Source of the DNA: Nemertoderma westbladi
Taxonomy: Eukaryota > Animalia > Xenacoelomorpha
Length of the DNA stretch: 51,094 nucleotides
Direction of reading: 5' to 3'
NCBI GenBank assembly: GCA_032718475.1
Contig: JAUCBJ010006966.1
Span: 1 to 51,094, forward strand
Shown in pieces: positions 45,959-51,094 of the stretch. The notes beneath the pieces are model-generated. The model was not told where the DNA came from. It ran no database searches and worked only from the letters and a program-made list of their open reading frames with translations. Numbering within the stretch: position 1 is the first letter of the stretch; every line of letters starts with the position of its first letter. A program made the position numbers and the translations under genes.

Positions 45959-47017
45959 TTTAATCGCCCAGTTAATTATTGTAATAATATTACGACCATA
46001 AATAATCTCCACATCTCTCCCCCAATAAACCATTTAGTAAGAAAATTTATAAATATTACAGACAGAGGTGTTTTTATATTAATTAATCAAAATCATTATT
46101 TAATTTTCTACTGACTGCGACTACTACAAATTTTTTAACATTGTACTCGCTGTACATCTAACTTATGCTATACGGATATTTAAATTCTACAAATATTATT
46201 AACGTTTGAAATTAAGTTAAGTTTTAAGTTATCGCTAAAAGTTTGAAGTGAGTTTGCGTAATGATAGAACCGCTTTATATCTAAATGTAATTAATTATTT
46301 GAATGATAATGTTTATGTGTTTCCCAAAATTGCATATTTAACCGATTAATAACCGGCGATTCAGAAATAAAGATTGGACTATATTCCCTCATGTACATGT
46401 AGATGGATACAAATGCAACTTATTTTCATAAAACTGTCTGACGTTCCTGCACCGTAAGCTTTACGTCTGCTTCTGGATGCTGTATAGTGTACGTATGGTG
46501 GTATCATCAATCAGTAACGTAATTTGTTGCATTTAGTCCCACTTTATTTGTATTTAGGGCTACTGGTACTATCAGACACACCACATAAAGTCCACCCTTA
46601 CTATCCCTTGAAGATAATAAATCCAAATAATGTTAATAAATCCATGGCTACTTAAGCAAGGGAAGGTGAGAAAGCAATTTGGTGAAATACAATTTCGTGC
46701 AGTATTACATGAAAATATAAAGTTTTTCTCCTTATTGCCCTTAAGTGGGAATTAAACCTAATTGTTTTTCATGTGATAAACAGTTAACTGGAGTGGATAT
46801 TCTAACTTACAATCTTCCTCTCACTAACCTAACCACAACGAACTAACTCAATCTCTCTATATATCTCTAACCCTTATTATAACATACCGATGACTAGATA
46901 GAACTGTACGTGTACACCTACATCACTACGACACTAACTTACAATAAGTTAATCTATAATTCCAACATCTAACTAAATTGTGATATAATTCTACTCCCGG
47001 CTTTTACAGCTGATAAC

Positions 47018-47036
47018 TTCTCTCTCTCTCTCTCTC
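47018..47036. repeat. (CT)n microsatellite
   Basis: tctctctctctctctctc. Confidence 0.9.
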
Positions 47037-47908
47037 CAGTGCTGCAACAAGCAATTCCATTTATTCATGTTATCTAGTTTGAATCACGTTAGATTGGATA
47101 TATATTTGTATTACTTATTTATTTCACTAAATGGAATGAATACCTAAAAATATATATGTTTTTGATTAGTTGTTTGTTTTGATTTAATGGTCTTTACGGT
47201 TTGTAGACTTAATATATTAATTGTATGAGATTTAAGAGTACAATAAATAATTGTGAAATTATTGATTATTGCCGAGCAACGATTGTATCAAACTTACTAT
47301 TTTTTTAAATCGGAATTATCGTTTTATTTATTTTTGGTTCCCGACTCTTCCACACTAATTAACACCTTCAATAATTGGGAAATAATGATGTAAATTTATC
47401 TTTTAAAATAACATAATAGTAGGTAGTGGGCGGAAGAGTTTAAGTATGTTTTTAAGGCTAACTCCCGCAAGCTAAAAATAAACAGTTGCTATATTTCCCC
47501 TTCGAATCGAGAGGCCTTTCTCCAGGTAGTAAGTAACATAACGATGTTATATTTTCAAAAGTAGCACGTTGGGGCGACAACAGTAATAAGTGCCGCGCAT
47601 AAAGAAAATACCATAATAACAAATTGAAAATTACCCAACTCTAAATTCTAAAATTGTCCGTTTATTTGGCTGTCATGATTGGTTTACTAACTAGTTACTC
47701 TAGTTTTTGGGCCCATCTGAAGTATGCGCTATAAAACACTTAATAAAGATAAATTAAAAAGAAAAAGGAAAAAATCTTCATATATAAAATTCCAATAAAA
47801 TGTCACATGTGCATACTAACTTCTCTTTTTTGAGGCTGTACTGTATACACTGAGTCTGAGTAAATTCCCTACTACCTACGTACCGTACATACTTCCATAT
47901 TATATACA

Positions 47909-48106
47909 AATAATAATAATAATATTGATTATTTATATAGCGCTTTTCTACGCCCAGCATACTGCCAGGTCTTTACCCCAGCAAAGCCAGGTTCCCATTA
48001 TACCGCTGGGTTGGCGTAGGTACTAATGTCTAAAGTTTCTCGCCTATATGGACACAACAGTGCGAAATTTCTACAGCCTTTAATCGGATTCGAACCTGCG
48101 CCACCA
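47909..48106 (-). mobile_element. 5'-truncated tRNA-derived SINE
   Basis: The minus strand has a B box (GGTTCGAATCC ~48088-48098), a central AATGGGAACCTGG segment, a 3' AAGCGCTATATAAAT and a (TAT)n tail typical of L2-partner SINEs. No A box seen. Confidence 0.7.
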
Positions 48107-49129
48107 AACACTATTGTGTTGTGTAAGCTAATGTATATTGTACATTACATGTACGTACATACTACATCATACTACTTGCTACTTTTATAAATCGTAGCTT
48201 AAGGTGACATGGTCCTACGTCAAAAATTGTAATTGTTCAGGAGATCCCATAAAAGATATATAGAGATATATAGGGTCTTTTTGCAGTAAAATATTGCCCA
48301 ATAGGAATATTAGCAATAATCATCACTTCCCATTGGTTAAAACTTTACATAGGACCTTTCTTCGGTAAAATATTGTCCGCTGGGATATAGGGCTTCACTT
48401 TACCACGCAATAATCATCACTTCCCATTGGTTAAAGTGTTCAAAACTTTGCCAGCTGATAGACCATGTATTTAAGCTTGGATTGTATAAAAAAAAAGTAA
48501 ATAAAATACGACAAAAAAACGACTTAGGGCCTTATGGAACTTAGCTTAACATCTTTATGGAAACATAACATCAGTATAATACTTACCTGAAGACAGCAGA
48601 CAGGGAGGCCACATGGTGCTTCCTTAATAATTTATGTTAGCGGGAGTGAGCCTTAAATACAACTACTTAATTTAATATCAATTCAATTGTCTCATTTAAT
48701 ATAAATTTAATTGTTTCTATAAAAGCTTTATAATATTAAAGGCTGTTGCCGCGTCATAAAACGATGCACTTTCATATTGTTGTAGGGCAACTGGCGATCT
48801 TGGAAACATGGGAATTTAAATTTGCATAACAAAAAGTATAAATTATAATTAAATGAGGAAGAAACGTGCAGGAATTTATTATTAAAGAAAGCCACAAACT
48901 ATAATTAAGCATAACAAGTAACCTATTGTTTAGCTAGGTGATTGTGTGTCTTGTTAAGGTTAGATCATTAATAAATTAAATATAATTTATAATAATTTTA
49001 AAATATTGTGCATTATGTATGGCCAGCGCCACCCATTAGTATATTGTCTTGTTCTCGATATAATATAATTAATATAATTTTATTAAAAATAACCCACTCT
49101 GTATTCTGTGCTTTTTTAAATCTACGGGG

Positions 49130-50068
49130 CGCATGGTCACGATTTGAAGTCTGCCACATGGTGCCCCAGTCACGACGTGAGGTCTGCCATATGGTGCCCC
49201 AGTCACGACACGAGGTCTGCCACATGGTGCCCCAGTCACGACTCGAGGTCTGCCACATGGTGCACCACCATGACGTGAGGTCTGCCACATGGTGCACCAC
49301 CATGACGTGAGGTCTGCCACATGGTGCCCCAGTCACGACGTGATGTCTGCCACATGGTGCACCACCATGACGTGAGGTCTGTCACATGGTGCCCCAGTCA
49401 CGACGTGAGGTCTACCACATGGTGCACCACCATGACGTGAGGTCTGCCGCATGGTGCACCACCATGACGTGAGGTCTGCCACATGGTGCCCCAGTCACGA
49501 CGTGATGTCTGCCACATGGTGCACCACCATGACGTGAGGTCTGCCACATGGTGCACCACCATGACGTGAGGTCTGCCACATGGTGCACCACCATGACGTG
49601 AGGTCTGCCACATGGTGCACCACCATGACGTGGGGTCTGCCACATGGTGCACCACCATGACGTGAGGTCTGCCACATGGTGCACCACCATGACGTGAGGT
49701 CTGCCACATGGTGCACCACCATGACATGAGGTCTGCCACATGGTGCACCACCATGACGTGAGGTCTGCCACATGGTGCACCACCATGACGTGAGGTCTAC
49801 CACATGGTGCACCACCATGACGTGAGGTCTGCCGCATGGTGCACCACCATGACGTGAGGTCTGCCACATGGTGCCCCAGTCACGACGTGATGTCTGCCAC
49901 ATGGTGCACCACCATGACGTGAGGTCTGCCACATGGTGCACCACCATGACGTGAGGTCTGCCACATGGTGCACCACCATGACGTGAGGTCTGCCACATGG
50001 TGCACCACCATGACGTGAGGTCTGCCAAATGGTGCACTACCATGACGTGAGGTCTGCCACATGGTACA
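49130..50068. repeat. 32-bp minisatellite (ccacatggtgcaccaccatgacgtgaggtctg), ~29 copies, two variants
   Basis: Highly homogeneous; variant B has cccagtcac in place of accaccat. The array explains the ORFs at 49008-50107. Confidence 0.98.
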
Positions 50069-50179
50069 CACTGCCGTCAGTGAGGTAGCTACAGTGCACA
50101 GCGTCACTCAGATTAAAGTTACATTTTTGCTATTATTGTCACGATTCAATCATTGAAATGAACCTGGAAGTATTTGTGC

Positions 50180-50660
50180 ACTACTGCTACTACTACTATA
50201 ATCGGCCTGCTGCATTGAAACTGCACATTGAGATGCTATACAGGCTTAACAATATTTTGTCACCACCGGCCGTGTCCTTTAAGTAGCGTCTCACAAAATT
50301 CATGGGGTGTCCACCATGCTTATTTTCACCATTGGGCTGCCAAAGCAGAAGATTGTGCACAGGCTGGTCCTCACGGGAAATTTGCATGTCCTTCAAAGCG
50401 GAGGCGGCTTTGTTCTAGTGTCAAGGTTTGGGGAACCAAAGAGATATCTACAATGTTATATTATACTGTAGTGTCTGGTTAGAGATGTGTGCATTGTACT
50501 TGACACAATGAACCCGACGTAGCATTCTGGTGAATGCGCCACCTAGAGATTTGGTATCCTCAGCAGTTAGAGCCCAGCATGGACTCCCGTAGGAGTACTG
50601 GAACTACTGCTGCTCTAAATAATTGGACCGTCAAGTTTCCGATGAAGCCACAACTCTAGG
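50180..50660 (-). pseudogene. RTE-clade LINE 3' end with (TAG)n tail
   Basis: The reverse complement matches 35540-35690, continues to EDQPVHNLLLWQPNGENKHGG, and ends in tagtagtagtagcagtag. Confidence 0.85.
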
Positions 50661-50669
50661 ACTCCCGTG

Positions 50670-51056
50670 AAAATAAGCTGCAAAGCTTTAGGGGTAATCC
50701 TATATGTTATGTTGGACACGTTCGTGGGGCGTCGCGCAGCACGCGAACTTTGGCAAAAATTGGCAAAGAAATCAATTTGATCTGGAGTTAAAAGTTCGAG
50801 AGGTATTTGGCCGTAACTTTTAAAAATATTGGAACGTTTTCTCTAGTATGCCCAGCCCATACAAAATCTGGTTGAAAATTGTTAAAATCTTCAAAAGTTA
50901 TTTACGAATGAATTTTTTATTACAGATAGACAGACAGGCGGACATGAAATTTTGCCATATTTACTAATTATAATTGTGCACTAAGGTTCGCCTTTACTGC
51001 GTGGCACGCCCTACAGTTCCCTTACAGTATACATTGTTGTTATTGTTTTTACATAA
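50670..51056 (+). mobile_element. Fragment of the CR1-group LINE 3'UTR interrupted by a Helentron/DINE-1-like repeat (~50719-51020)
   Basis: 50672-50718 is identical to 8039-8085 and 51031-51056 resembles 8104-8138. The intervening part carries cagatagacagacaggcggac and matches 34930-35080. Confidence 0.7.
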
Positions 51057-51094
51057 GAGAGGGCGTTCATAAAGATTTCACGCAAATTTCCTCG

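Noticed and set aside
48080-48106. tRNA gene
   Set aside because: Only a B box/T-arm is present, attached to a SINE body and tail; no cloverleaf.
48199-48475. TTAA-flanked MITE (ggtgacatggtc...gaccatgtat)
   Set aside because: The inverted match is short and terminal bases disagree.
49167-49180. CCCAGTCACGACGT matches the M13/lacZ forward primer region
   Set aside because: Only 14 nt, and it recurs as a variant of the satellite unit with no other vector sequence, so it is coincidence.
49008-50107. Repetitive His/Cys/Trp-rich ORFs and a CRISPR-like appearance
   Set aside because: This is a 32-bp tandem repeat with no unique spacers and no cas genes, in a eukaryotic context.

Overview
AT-rich, repeat-dense animal (invertebrate-like) genomic DNA. 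It holds two intact host genes, each a single uninterrupted ORF although their homologues are normally multi-intron: a sarcosine dehydrogenase-like gene (14913-17615,+) and an SH2-C1-RhoGAP chimaerin (44540-45958,+). The rest is a nest of mobile DNA. At the left is the 5' part of a BEL/Pao LTR retrotransposon, whose 822-codon gag frame runs off the edge and is absent from the ORF track; its LTR appears split by a 5'-truncated CR1-group LINE. There are also RTE and CR1 LINE relics, a SINE, and many non-autonomous TIR elements (piggyBac-like, Kolobok-like, hAT-like, a 9-bp-TSD Mutator-like foldback, an 8-bp-TSD ~4 kb foldback), several carrying tandem arrays. The most striking signal is >40 hand-counted motifs of the form N5-CAG-N5 or N5-CTG-N5 in non-coding DNA. 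Several are demonstrably +8 bp insertions relative to sister repeat copies, and two intact elements in the window have CAG...CTG ends and 5-bp TSDs. This points to a prolific cut-and-paste transposon family with 5-bp TSDs that leaves 3-nt end remnants on excision. Parallel TA-GGCC-TA and TA-CTG-TA scars are also present. All analysis was by eye; no searches were run.
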